This document shows, in pieces, positions 27,618 through 36,712 of a stretch of 64,000 bases of DNA. This stretch comes from Candidatus Melainabacteria bacterium 17Bon1m. GTDB lineage: Bacteria; Cyanobacteriota; Vampirovibrionia; Obscuribacterales; Obscuribacteraceae. Where the stretch lies: contig JAVLKG010000002.1 in the NCBI GenBank assembly GCA_032128875.1, positions 512,001 to 576,000 of the forward strand, given 5' to 3'. The notes under the pieces were generated by a model, which saw only the letters and a program-made list of their open reading frames with translations, was not told where the DNA came from and ran no database searches. The position numbers and the translations under genes were made by a program. Numbering within the stretch: position 1 is the first letter of the stretch; each line of letters begins with the position of its first letter.

Positions 27618-28634
27618 ATGAACGAAATATTGACGCAGCCCAATGAATTGAAATCGCGATTCGATCTCGCCGGTCGAGGCCCTATTGTTGTCGATGGTGC
27701 GACCGGTTATCTCGGCAGTCACCTTGTCGCTGCACTTGCCGCATCCGGAGCCGATATTCGCTGCTTGGTGCATAAAGGCAGCAAAGCGGAGGATGTGCAG
27801 GTTCTCAAAAATTTGGGCGCTAAGGTTTTTGTTGGCGAACTAACAGGTAATGATGAGCAAGTCACCAGCGCATTTAAAGATGCGCGAGTCGGCGTTCATC
27901 TGATTGGCAGCATCGCGCCCAAGAAGGGGCTCAGCCACGATCTTCTCCATGTCGTTATGACCGATTCATTTATTGAAAAGTCTAAAGCAGGCGGAGTGGA
28001 AAATGCACTCATGGTCACCGCACTTGGTACCAAAGCAAATGCTCCCAGCACTTATCATGCCACCAAATGGTTGGCAGAAGAAAGCCTGCGTAAGAGTGGT
28101 TTGAATTCAACTATCCTGCGCCCGTCGCTGCTTGTGGGACGTCAGGTTGGACGAAGAAACAGTAAACTGGTCGATCGACTGCTTAAGGTTATTGCTGAGA
28201 AAAAAGCGGTGCCTCTGGTTAATGGTGGCGCAAACAAGTTGCAGCCGCTCTTCATCGGCGATATGGCAATGGCTGCAGTTGCGTCGATTGATAAGCTGAC
28301 CGGTGCAAATGGCGAAGTATCCGGCGGCGTCAATGACCACGGCTCAAAAGATCCGATTGAGCTGGGAGGCAACGAAATATTGCCCATGCGCGACTTTGTA
28401 AAACAGCTGATGGCCGTGCTTCACGTCGATAAATCAATAGTTACCCTTCCGTACCCGATTGCAATGGCGGCGGCTACTGTCTGTCAGTTGATTCAAGAAG
28501 TTCCAGTGCTTTCGTGCGATCAGGTCAAGCTGTCAATGCGGGATAATATCTGCACCGATAATCGAATTGAGGAGCTTCTGGGTGCGAAGCCTGTGCCCTT
28601 GAGTACCGCTCTTCAGGTCTATGCGTCTAAGTAG
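27618..28634 (+). CDS. Atypical SDR, NDUFA9 (complex I 39-kDa subunit)-like NAD(P)H-binding protein
   Basis: GATGYLG, VHLIG, TALG, YHATKWLAE, ILRPSL, LQPLFIGD. Confidence 0.8.
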   Translation: MNEILTQPNELKSRFDLAGRGPIVVDGATGYLGSHLVAALAASGADIRCLVHKGSKAEDVQVLKNLGAKVFVGELTGNDEQVTSAFKDARVGVHLIGSIAPKKGLSHDLLHVVMTDSFIEKSKAGGVENALMVTALGTKANAPSTYHATKWLAEESLRKSGLNSTILRPSLLVGRQVGRRNSKLVDRLLKVIAEKKAVPLVNGGANKLQPLFIGDMAMAAVASIDKLTGANGEVSGGVNDHGSKDPIELGGNEILPMRDFVKQLMAVLHVDKSIVTLPYPIAMAAATVCQLIQEVPVLSCDQVKLSMRDNICTDNRIEELLGAKPVPLSTALQVYASK

Positions 28635-28640
28635 GAATAA

Positions 28641-29672
28641 ATGGAAGCTCAGGGTCCCTTGAAAATTTTAGTCACCGGCGCAAGCGGTTTTATTGGCACC
28701 AGCCTGGTGCCGAAGCTTGTGGCATTAGGACATAAAGTTCGCACCATGGGGCGCAGTAGCTCGTGCCCCAAGGACTTTCAAGGATTGGCTTTGGAGCACA
28801 AGCGCGGGGATGTTACCAATCCTGAGCAGGTGCAGGACGCGGTTGCCGGCTGCGACGTTGTCTATCACCTGGCTGGTCTTGTCTCTTACAAGAAAAGGGA
28901 TTTGAATCGGCAGTATGCGGTCAATGTGCTCGGAACGCGTAATGTCCTTGATGCATGCTTGCGCAATAACGTGAAGCGCGTCATTCATACAAGCTCTGTT
29001 GCTGCTATGGGCATACCTGAAGAAGGACAGATTGCCGATGAAGAGTTCGAGTACAACCTGCATGGACTAGGACTTTCTTACTGCGACACCAAGCATGAAG
29101 CAGAGCTGGAAGTAAATTCTTTCGTCCGGCAGGGCTTACCTGTCATTATGCTCAACCCCGGTATCATATTTGGTGAAGGCGATACTCATCCTCATCATCA
29201 CGTGATCTTCGGCGCCATGGCTAAAGGATGGGCGGTAGGCGTGCCGCCTGGCGGTGTGCCGTTCTCAGACATCAATGATGTCGTAGACGCTCATATCAAC
29301 GCGCTTACGCAAGGGCGCACAGGCGAGAGATATGTGCTTGTCAGTGCAAACCTGACTATGAAAGAAGCAGGCACGATTTTTTCTAAAATCTTCGGGACGA
29401 GAGCACCTATGCTGGAAATCCCTGGTCCTTTGCTGGTTGGTTTAGGAACAGCAGTAGAAACGATATTTCCTCTCTTCGGACTCAATCCGGCGCTATCCAG
29501 ACAGGTTGCCTGGCTCAGTCAGCATAAAATCTTCTTTTCTTCGAAGAAGGCAGAAGAGGAGCTGAATTTCCACGCCACTCCATTTTCAGAAACGATTAAA
29601 AGAACCACGCCCTATTACCTGGGCAAATCTTCAAATGGAAAAGATGGGGCGCGAACATCTGTAAGAGTTTAA
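28641..29672 (+). CDS. Extended SDR, dihydroflavonol-reductase/HpnA-like
   Basis: TGASGFIG, VYHLAG, HTSSVA, YCDTK, GRTGERYVL. Confidence 0.88.
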   Translation: MEAQGPLKILVTGASGFIGTSLVPKLVALGHKVRTMGRSSSCPKDFQGLALEHKRGDVTNPEQVQDAVAGCDVVYHLAGLVSYKKRDLNRQYAVNVLGTRNVLDACLRNNVKRVIHTSSVAAMGIPEEGQIADEEFEYNLHGLGLSYCDTKHEAELEVNSFVRQGLPVIMLNPGIIFGEGDTHPHHHVIFGAMAKGWAVGVPPGGVPFSDINDVVDAHINALTQGRTGERYVLVSANLTMKEAGTIFSKIFGTRAPMLEIPGPLLVGLGTAVETIFPLFGLNPALSRQVAWLSQHKIFFSSKKAEEELNFHATPFSETIKRTTPYYLGKSSNGKDGARTSVRV

Positions 29673-29741
29673 TACAGGCTCTTTCGTTCGATCACATCAA
29701 ATTGGCGAGCACTAAATATGGTGCTAACGCGCTCTTTCAAT

Positions 29742-30461
29742 CTACCGTGTTTCACCGACTGTGCGGGACTGTGTTTGTCCTTGCGTTCCTGTTTGTACAG
29801 GTGTAACGGTGCCGGGTGCAGCCGTTGTTGTTGCCGATGTGGCTTCCTGAATGCGACGCAGAGACAGCTTTTGTTCTTGCACGTTCTGATACAAAATTCT
29901 GTAATAGCGCGAAAGCATTTCGGTCTTCGCTGCCTTATAACCAGTCAGACATTCAGCAAACGCTTCATCGTACTTGCCGACCGAACTAAGTGTCTTGATC
30001 AAGCTGGCCCGGGCAGGGTCGTAATTAGCATTGCTCTTGAGTGCTTCTCTAAAGCAGGCTTCGGCATCATTGAGCCTACCCATTTTCGAATACGCTTCAC
30101 CCAGCGTGTAATTGTCGAAAGGAGTAGCTTTTGCCATCTTCTGAATGATTATCAGCTGGTACATAGCCTCTTGAAGCGAGCCATGGCGCAAAAGGGCAAA
30201 AGCGAGGTAGCGGCGGGCGGACACACTGTCCGGATCGGCTGTTACTGCTGCTGCCAAAATGCGAATGGCACCTTCATAGTTGCCTTTGCGCATTTGCTCA
30301 TAACCTTTTTGCAAATACTGTCCGACAGTAGCGCTTACGACTTTGGTTCTTGCCTGCGGCTTTGCCGGTGCCGAAGCAGTGGCTTGAGCTACATTCGATG
30401 AGATGCCGGTCGCTACGATAATCGCCCCGAGGGTAAACATCGCTGTCTTTCTGCCTGACAT
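29742..30461 (-). CDS. Secreted TPR protein
   Basis: ATG 30461 with GGAGAG RBS, signal peptide, 4-5 TPR-like repeats. Confidence 0.8.
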   Translation of the reverse strand: MSGRKTAMFTLGAIIVATGISSNVAQATASAPAKPQARTKVVSATVGQYLQKGYEQMRKGNYEGAIRILAAAVTADPDSVSARRYLAFALLRHGSLQEAMYQLIIIQKMAKATPFDNYTLGEAYSKMGRLNDAEACFREALKSNANYDPARASLIKTLSSVGKYDEAFAECLTGYKAAKTEMLSRYYRILYQNVQEQKLSLRRIQEATSATTTAAPGTVTPVQTGTQGQTQSRTVGETR

Positions 30462-30794
30462 CAAAAGCTCTCCTTGCCGATTCCGAACTTGTTTTAAAAC
30501 GCCATAGACGTTCCTAGCCAAATAGTAACACCATGAAAACATTGTGATTCAGTTTTCGGCCCAGTCCTGCCAATTTTGGCAATCAACGAATCAGCTTGGC
30601 GGACAAAGCCATGTACCAATCATGTTTGCCAGGAGGTTAAAAGGACCTCTTTGGAACTTGGTAATGCCACAGTTTGAATTGCAACTATGGCTACGATAAA
30701 GAATGGAAATTAGCTTAAGCCGTGCAGCAAAACTGCCCTAAATACGTCTCGGCATTGTGCCATAAAAATAGATCGCAATGCGAAACTACAATAT

Positions 30795-31469
30795 CTACGC
30801 TCCGGGAGGCGGCTCGTTAGATGGTGTCTGATCTTGCAGATTGTCGGGCGTGATATCGGGACGATCGATCGGTTTTACTTCCGGAACAGGCGTCAGCTCA
30901 AGTCTGCGAATCGCCAGGCGCAACTTATAGAGATAGGCTCTCTTCTTTTCGTCCGGAGTATCGGCAATAAGTTCGGCTAGAGTCTTGTAAGCAGTCTTGA
31001 AGTCACGCTGCATCGCTTTGGCTCTGACGATGCCACAACTTGCCCAGAAAAGCTCAGGATTTAGTTTTAGAGCGTCAGTGAATGCTTCTTCGGCTTGAAC
31101 GTAACTTCCGGCGATCAAATAGACTTCACCGAATGTGCACCAGTCAACAGCTCCGGGCGGTGACAAGCGTGTCAAGAGGATGAGCTGATCCAGCGCATCT
31201 TCTGCAGAACCTGCACACAGGAGTGCATATGCCAGGCAGCGTCTTGCCAGAGGATCGTTGTTGTTCTGCTTGACTGCTTCCCGGAATGTTGTGATTGCGC
31301 CTCTGTAATCAGCCTTTTTCAGCTGTTCGTAGCCCTTTTTCACAATCTGGGGAATTTCAGGAGCCTTGGTCTGTGCCGGTACCGCAAACGCGGGGGTGGC
31401 GGTGTTAATAGCAAGAAGCGTCGCCGCGATCCTCAAGACCATATCGACTTTTCTCACCCGCAGACTCAT
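30795..31469 (-). CDS. Secreted TPR protein (paralog of neighbour)
   Basis: Signal peptide ..TPAFA; KGYEQL..ADYRGAI..ARRCLAYALL matches neighbour. Confidence 0.8.
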   Translation of the reverse strand: MSLRVRKVDMVLRIAATLLAINTATPAFAVPAQTKAPEIPQIVKKGYEQLKKADYRGAITTFREAVKQNNNDPLARRCLAYALLCAGSAEDALDQLILLTRLSPPGAVDWCTFGEVYLIAGSYVQAEEAFTDALKLNPELFWASCGIVRAKAMQRDFKTAYKTLAELIADTPDEKKRAYLYKLRLAIRRLELTPVPEVKPIDRPDITPDNLQDQTPSNEPPPGA

Positions 31470-31670
31470 ATCAGCTCTCCCGACTCGACTCAGAACAGAT
31501 CACTAGAAGCATCTTAACACCTGTCGTGCTCCGTATCACACTCAAAGACCGTTCTATGTGAGCTTTACATCTTATCTTTGACTGTTGTCACGGCTGACTA
31601 TATCCCAAAGATAACCAACAGTTAGAAATTGGTTGATTGGCTTCTCGCCCTCCGGCAGTTCAAGGAGACA

Positions 31671-32459
31671 TCAGTCTTGAGTGCTGCCGTAACTCTCATT
31701 AGACGTCAAATGCTGCTTGAGGCGGATCAATATTCCTTTGAGTAGGTCCGCTTCTCGCTTACTCGGATGCGTTCTTTGCCAGAGCTGTCTGAATTCAGTT
31801 TGCACCAGTTGGCGGTTGTATGTGCGCGAGAAATTCACAGAATCGGAAATCTGCCCGAACAGCTCGAGCAACTCATCGTCTATCGCGCCTGTTGAGAGTT
31901 CCGTTGCATTGTTTGGCCAACTTGATCTAGGAAAATTATTTCCCAACCGCGAGATCTCATACCCAATAACGCAAGCCGCTTGAGCCAGATTTAGAGACGG
32001 CAATGCTTCGGAGGTTGGGATCGTGATTATATGGTGGCAGCGGTTCAAATCCTCTTGACGCAAGCCATCCCGTTCATCGCCAAGTACAAAGGCCACTTTG
32101 TTTTCCTTTGCCGCATCCAAAACAGTTTGTGAAATCTCCGCAAGAGGAACCGGTATTAGTTTTCTCTGTTTTCCGGATGTAGTTCCTATCGCAACCGCGA
32201 TGTCTTTCAGAGCGTCTTCCAGTGATTCGAATACTGAAGCTCCTTTCAAAATATCGAAGGCACCGACTGCCATTTTCCTAGCTTCTGCATCTTTGTAATT
32301 CTTTGGAGGTGACACCAAACGCAGATCGCTCAATGCGAAATTCTTCATGGCGCGCGCCACTGCACCAATGTTTCCCAGGTATACAGGTTTGACGATTATA
32401 AAGACGACATTTTCTAAAACAGAGTGACTACCGATTTCTTCGTTCGCGCTTTCAGTCAT
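31671..32459 (-). CDS. trmJ: TrmJ/LasT SPOUT tRNA methyltransferase
   Basis: GNIGAVARAMKNF, AFVLGDERDGL, PSLNLAQA. Confidence 0.88.
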   Translation of the reverse strand: MTESANEEIGSHSVLENVVFIIVKPVYLGNIGAVARAMKNFALSDLRLVSPPKNYKDAEARKMAVGAFDILKGASVFESLEDALKDIAVAIGTTSGKQRKLIPVPLAEISQTVLDAAKENKVAFVLGDERDGLRQEDLNRCHHIITIPTSEALPSLNLAQAACVIGYEISRLGNNFPRSSWPNNATELSTGAIDDELLELFGQISDSVNFSRTYNRQLVQTEFRQLWQRTHPSKREADLLKGILIRLKQHLTSNESYGSTQD

Positions 32460-34473
32460 TGTTCTTTAATTCCACAACGCGTTCGTGAAGCAAGTTTTTG
32501 ATCTCATCAACCGAAAGATCGCGTAGTTCTTTTACTTCCAAGGGCTTTCCGATGGCGACGCGGATGGCTGCAGGACGGGGAGTCTTCTTTCCCTTTGGCC
32601 ATGCTTCAAATCCGCCTGTGATGGCAAAAGGAACAATGGGGCATTGCGCGTCCTTCTGCAATCTGGCCACCCCTGATTGAAATTCTCCAATGCTTCCGTC
32701 GCGTGTCAACTTTCCTTCCGGGAAAATGAGGACGCTTTCCCCCTTTGATAAACACGCTTCTGCCGATTTAAGAGCGTCGGATCCTTGCCCTCGTTTAAGT
32801 GGAATGGCGCCAAGTGTCGCCGCCAAATGACCAATCACCGGCCATTTCATGGCATCATCCATAACAAGAAAGCGCGTTCTTCTCTCAAAAATTGCGCCCA
32901 CAATCAAAGGGTCCAACCAACCAGTATGATTGCCGGCCAAGATAACCGTTCTTCTGCGTCCCCAGTGGCTGACACCAGATGCGGTATCATCAAGCTGGTG
33001 CGACTTGTCGATGATTTGGAATTGGAAAAAAACTTTCAAAAGCGCTCTGGCAAAGAGGCGGCAGAGCAAAAATACAAGATCATTCCAGACAAATGCCATC
33101 AAGAGAGCAAAAATCAGAGCGGTAATGGAGAGAACTCTCAGCGCCGGTAAAAGCGAAACCGAAGGCAAAATGCGTTCCATATAAATTGCCGCGAAAAGCA
33201 GCGGCAACAGTTGCAGGGATACTCTCAATCCCAATGCTCGTCCACGATACTGTCGGGGGAAAATACTCTGACACAGCGTGTCCAGCAAAGACTGCGATTT
33301 GCTGGCTGTATAACCAAGTGCAAAAACCCCAAGCTGGGCGATCATCAACCTGCCTGTAGACGCCGTGATCACTGCTGCAATCGATGAGACTGCCAGAACT
33401 ATCGCCAATCCTTCAGTTAGTTTTGTCAGCCCGCCCCGTTTCACAATTTGATTTGCAGCCAAGCCGCCGCACATCAAACCTAATGCCAGCGCCGGCAAAA
33501 GGTCGGTCATCAGAGGAAAGCTAAGCCGATGCCCTTGCCAGGCAAAAAGCGTCAGGCAGACAAAAAATGCCAGGGAGAACGTGCCCACCCCGGCGCTGAC
33601 AAAGAGAGTTTTTGCGGCGCGTTGGTGACGTTTTAAATACAGCCAGAAAGACATTTCCGCTGGTTTTTCTTTGCGCTTGAATGCAGCGTTGCAGATGTCT
33701 TCGACTTTGCTTCCTGCAAAATAAGCAAGGACGTACAAGACAACTGACGCTCTAAGTAAAGTCCAGGGAAACTCCGCACCTGTGGCTAACCATATAAGTG
33801 TAGAGGACATGATCGCTGCTGCCAGACTTGCCCAGAATAATGAATTCAGGCGCACCAGCGGTGCCAGGAAACTTTCCTTGCCATTACTTTCAACGGATAA
33901 TTTCACCACGCGTGGTGTCACCTTCAACCGGCAAATATCGAATACTGCCGAGGCCGAACTGAGAGCCACAATAAGTGAACCAACGATTAGACAACGCTGT
34001 ACCTCGTCTAACATTTGCGGCAGCAGCATGGAGAGACCAAGCAATATCGCGCCGCGAACAAGAAGTGACTGGTTGAGCAGACGGAAAGGACTGAATTTGT
34101 CCGCCAGAATGCCGGCCGGAAATGAGAAAAGAATGCAAGGCAAAAGCAAGAGACATGAGGAAAGCCCGAGCAATTCTCCTTGCGGTCCAAAAAGAATAAT
34201 CAAAGAAAAGAGGCTGAGCATCGACAACTTGTCGGCAGTCTCAGACAAAAAATTGGTGGCGATGAAACAGCGCCGGGCAATTTTTTCATCCCGCTCTGGC
34301 GAGAGATTGGATTCCATGCTCAAAGCAGCCAAATTCGGGCTTTCGACCGATTTTGCCTTGCTGGTGCTGCGATTTGACTCATAACTGGTCGAACTTAGCA
34401 GTTTTTGCCCTCGTCTGTAGATCGCATATAAAACAGCTATCCACCGTGTTATTGCTGTTTTGTGACAGATCAA
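32452..34473 (-). CDS. MFS transporter (LplT-like) fused to PlsC-type acyltransferase
   Basis: AGILADKF MFS motif and about 12 hydrophobic segments; C-terminal NHTGWLD and FPEG; start uncertain (alternative ATG 34317). Confidence 0.85.
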   Translation of the reverse strand: MICHKTAITRWIAVLYAIYRRGQKLLSSTSYESNRSTSKAKSVESPNLAALSMESNLSPERDEKIARRCFIATNFLSETADKLSMLSLFSLIILFGPQGELLGLSSCLLLLPCILFSFPAGILADKFSPFRLLNQSLLVRGAILLGLSMLLPQMLDEVQRCLIVGSLIVALSSASAVFDICRLKVTPRVVKLSVESNGKESFLAPLVRLNSLFWASLAAAIMSSTLIWLATGAEFPWTLLRASVVLYVLAYFAGSKVEDICNAAFKRKEKPAEMSFWLYLKRHQRAAKTLFVSAGVGTFSLAFFVCLTLFAWQGHRLSFPLMTDLLPALALGLMCGGLAANQIVKRGGLTKLTEGLAIVLAVSSIAAVITASTGRLMIAQLGVFALGYTASKSQSLLDTLCQSIFPRQYRGRALGLRVSLQLLPLLFAAIYMERILPSVSLLPALRVLSITALIFALLMAFVWNDLVFLLCRLFARALLKVFFQFQIIDKSHQLDDTASGVSHWGRRRTVILAGNHTGWLDPLIVGAIFERRTRFLVMDDAMKWPVIGHLAATLGAIPLKRGQGSDALKSAEACLSKGESVLIFPEGKLTRDGSIGEFQSGVARLQKDAQCPIVPFAITGGFEAWPKGKKTPRPAAIRVAIGKPLEVKELRDLSVDEIKNLLHERVVELKNND

Positions 34474-34634
34474 TCTTACTTTCTAACCTGCACTGCTCGT
34501 CAAATGAAACAAGAATCAGAGGATGCGGATTTCGGGTGAAAGCGGATGTTGCAGCAAAAAAATGACTTCTTGTTAACAGCGGGCGAACATTCAAAGAACG
34601 TGAGACAATCAACTTTCTATAGGCTTGCGAGACT

Positions 34635-35912
34635 GTGAAAATGGCGCCGATTGCGGCACGTACCTTGCTTACTACGCTTTTAGCTATCCTGACCTCGATG
34701 CCTGCCGCCTGCCTGGCTGACGAGCTCGCGCCTTCAGCACAGTCGTCTGAGACGGCATCGTCTCCAGCTGCAATGTCCGCCTCAGGTTCCAAGCAAGATG
34801 ATACCGACCCTCCATCGGATAAGGGCGAGGGCCACTCGAAGTCGAAAAAGAAGAAGTCCGGCTCGAAAGCAGAGTCCCGCTCGAAAGAGAAGTCCTCGAA
34901 TAATGAGAGTGACTCGAATGAGAAATCATCAACAAAAGCAGAAGGCGGTTCTGAAAAGACTCCTGACAATTCGAAAGGCAAGAACAAGACCAAAACGGTA
35001 AGACGCGGCACGCCGCCGTGTTTGTCCTGGGTTGACTATGAACAGCCAGTGCGCGCTGTTCTGCTTTGTGTTCACGGACTGGGTCTGCACAACGGCACCT
35101 ACGATGCATTCGGCAATCGCATGTCAAAAATGGGCTTTGCCGTCTACGCCATTGACGTTAGAGGCTTTGGTTCCTGGATGGCTGCTCAGGGCAGAGAGAA
35201 GGTAGATTTCGACGGTTGCATGGAAGATGTGAAAAGCACTCTCAAAGTGGTCCATAGAGCCCATCCAGGGCTTCCTGTTTTCATATTGGGCGAATCGATG
35301 GGCGGCGCTATTGCCTTACGAGCCTGCGCTCAGTTTCCAGAACTCGTTGATGGCTTGATTTCATCAGTACCTGCCGGCGATCGTTTCAAGCAAGGACAGA
35401 CAAAACTGACCGTTGCTTTTCATTTGATTGCAGATCCGAATACTCCTTTTGATATAGGCACTTCGGTTATCAAGCAAGCGACTGCTAAACCTGAATTGCG
35501 CGATTCGTGGGGAAATAACCCTCTTTCAAGGTTGAAAGTCTCCGCAAATGAGTTGATTCAATTCCAAAACTTTATGAATCAAAATCACAAGTACGCAGTG
35601 TTGATCAAGGACCGCCCTGTTCTTTTCGTACAAGGTTGTGATGACAAATTGGTTCGCCCGGAAGGCACGGTTGAACTCTACAACCGCCTGGCAACCAAAG
35701 ACCGGCAAATAGAATTAATCCCGAAAGCCGAGCACCTAATTTTCGAGGAAGGCCAGTTTACGGATCGGGAGGTGGAGATTGTCAACAAATGGTTGACTTC
35801 ACACCTCAATTCGACAAAAGTCGCTCCCCAGGACTCCGGCGCACAGGCAGTTCCAAACAAGACTGACGGTGAAAAGACCGACACTTCCAAAAAAGAGATT
35901 GGAGCAAATTAG
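34635..35912 (+). CDS. Exported lysophospholipase-like alpha/beta hydrolase
   Basis: Signal peptide and Ser/Lys-rich linker; VHGLGLH, DVRGFG, GESMGG, DKLV, EHLI. Confidence 0.85.
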   Translation: MKMAPIAARTLLTTLLAILTSMPAACLADELAPSAQSSETASSPAAMSASGSKQDDTDPPSDKGEGHSKSKKKKSGSKAESRSKEKSSNNESDSNEKSSTKAEGGSEKTPDNSKGKNKTKTVRRGTPPCLSWVDYEQPVRAVLLCVHGLGLHNGTYDAFGNRMSKMGFAVYAIDVRGFGSWMAAQGREKVDFDGCMEDVKSTLKVVHRAHPGLPVFILGESMGGAIALRACAQFPELVDGLISSVPAGDRFKQGQTKLTVAFHLIADPNTPFDIGTSVIKQATAKPELRDSWGNNPLSRLKVSANELIQFQNFMNQNHKYAVLIKDRPVLFVQGCDDKLVRPEGTVELYNRLATKDRQIELIPKAEHLIFEEGQFTDREVEIVNKWLTSHLNSTKVAPQDSGAQAVPNKTDGEKTDTSKKEIGAN

Positions 35913-35980
35913 TCGAGCGAACTAGACGGTATCCCGGAAAAGACAAGACAATATATGTCTGTATGTGAGGTTATGGCGTT

Positions 35981-36709
35981 ATGTTGCGTACTAGTACCAA
36001 GTTAATCAGTGCGATATCGGCAGCGGTTTTTTTGACAGGCATGTTTTATTCGCAAGCGTCGGCTGTCCCGGCACCGGCAGCCAGTCCGTATACCCGTTGT
36101 ATGGCGCAGGGAAAGAATTGTGTCACTAAAGGCGACCTGAAGAACGCAATCACGCACTTTCAAATTGCCGTCAAGGAAAATCCGAACAGCTGCGAAGCAC
36201 ACCTGTTGTTGGGCCAAAGCTATTGCAAAGTAAAACAATTCGTCAAAGCAAAAGACGAGTTGAGGCGTGCGATCAGGCTTGGCAAAGGAAATAAGAATGC
36301 ACAGTTAGCAAACCAGGCGCTGATGCAATTACCGAAGAATATCCTCAGTCCGAAAACCGGAGCAGAAACTCGCATGATAGCTTCGATGCTCGGTCTTTCT
36401 CGTGTTCGTGGTGCAGGAGGCGAATCGAAACCAACCGTTATCGATTTTTATGCTTCATGGTGCCAGCCGTGCAAACAGACGAATACAGCTTTGGATAAGT
36501 TCAAAGAATCATACGGTGATCGAGTTTCCTTTATGCGTGTTGATGTGGATGATCCAAACAATGAGCGCATCATCGATCAGTATGAAGTGAGTCCAATTCC
36601 GACGCTCGTGTTTCTCAACACCGAAGGCGAAGTGGTTTCATTCACGATCGGATTTTCAGGTGAAAAAGGTATCGATGACGGTATCAAAAAAATCTTGACA
36701 AAAGGATAA
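35981..36709 (+). CDS. Exported TPR-thioredoxin fusion
   Basis: Signal peptide; TPRs; DFYASWCQPC and IPT thioredoxin motifs. Confidence 0.85.
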   Translation: MLRTSTKLISAISAAVFLTGMFYSQASAVPAPAASPYTRCMAQGKNCVTKGDLKNAITHFQIAVKENPNSCEAHLLLGQSYCKVKQFVKAKDELRRAIRLGKGNKNAQLANQALMQLPKNILSPKTGAETRMIASMLGLSRVRGAGGESKPTVIDFYASWCQPCKQTNTALDKFKESYGDRVSFMRVDVDDPNNERIIDQYEVSPIPTLVFLNTEGEVVSFTIGFSGEKGIDDGIKKILTKG

Positions 36710-36712
36710 AGA

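Noticed and set aside
29718-30401. 227-aa + strand ORF after the SDR operon
   Set aside because: Antisense to the TPR gene, which has a clear RBS, signal peptide and a paralog
33782-35011. 200-aa (+, 33782-34384) and 210-aa (-, 34379-35011) ORFs
   Set aside because: Shadows of the MFS-acyltransferase and of the low-complexity hydrolase linker
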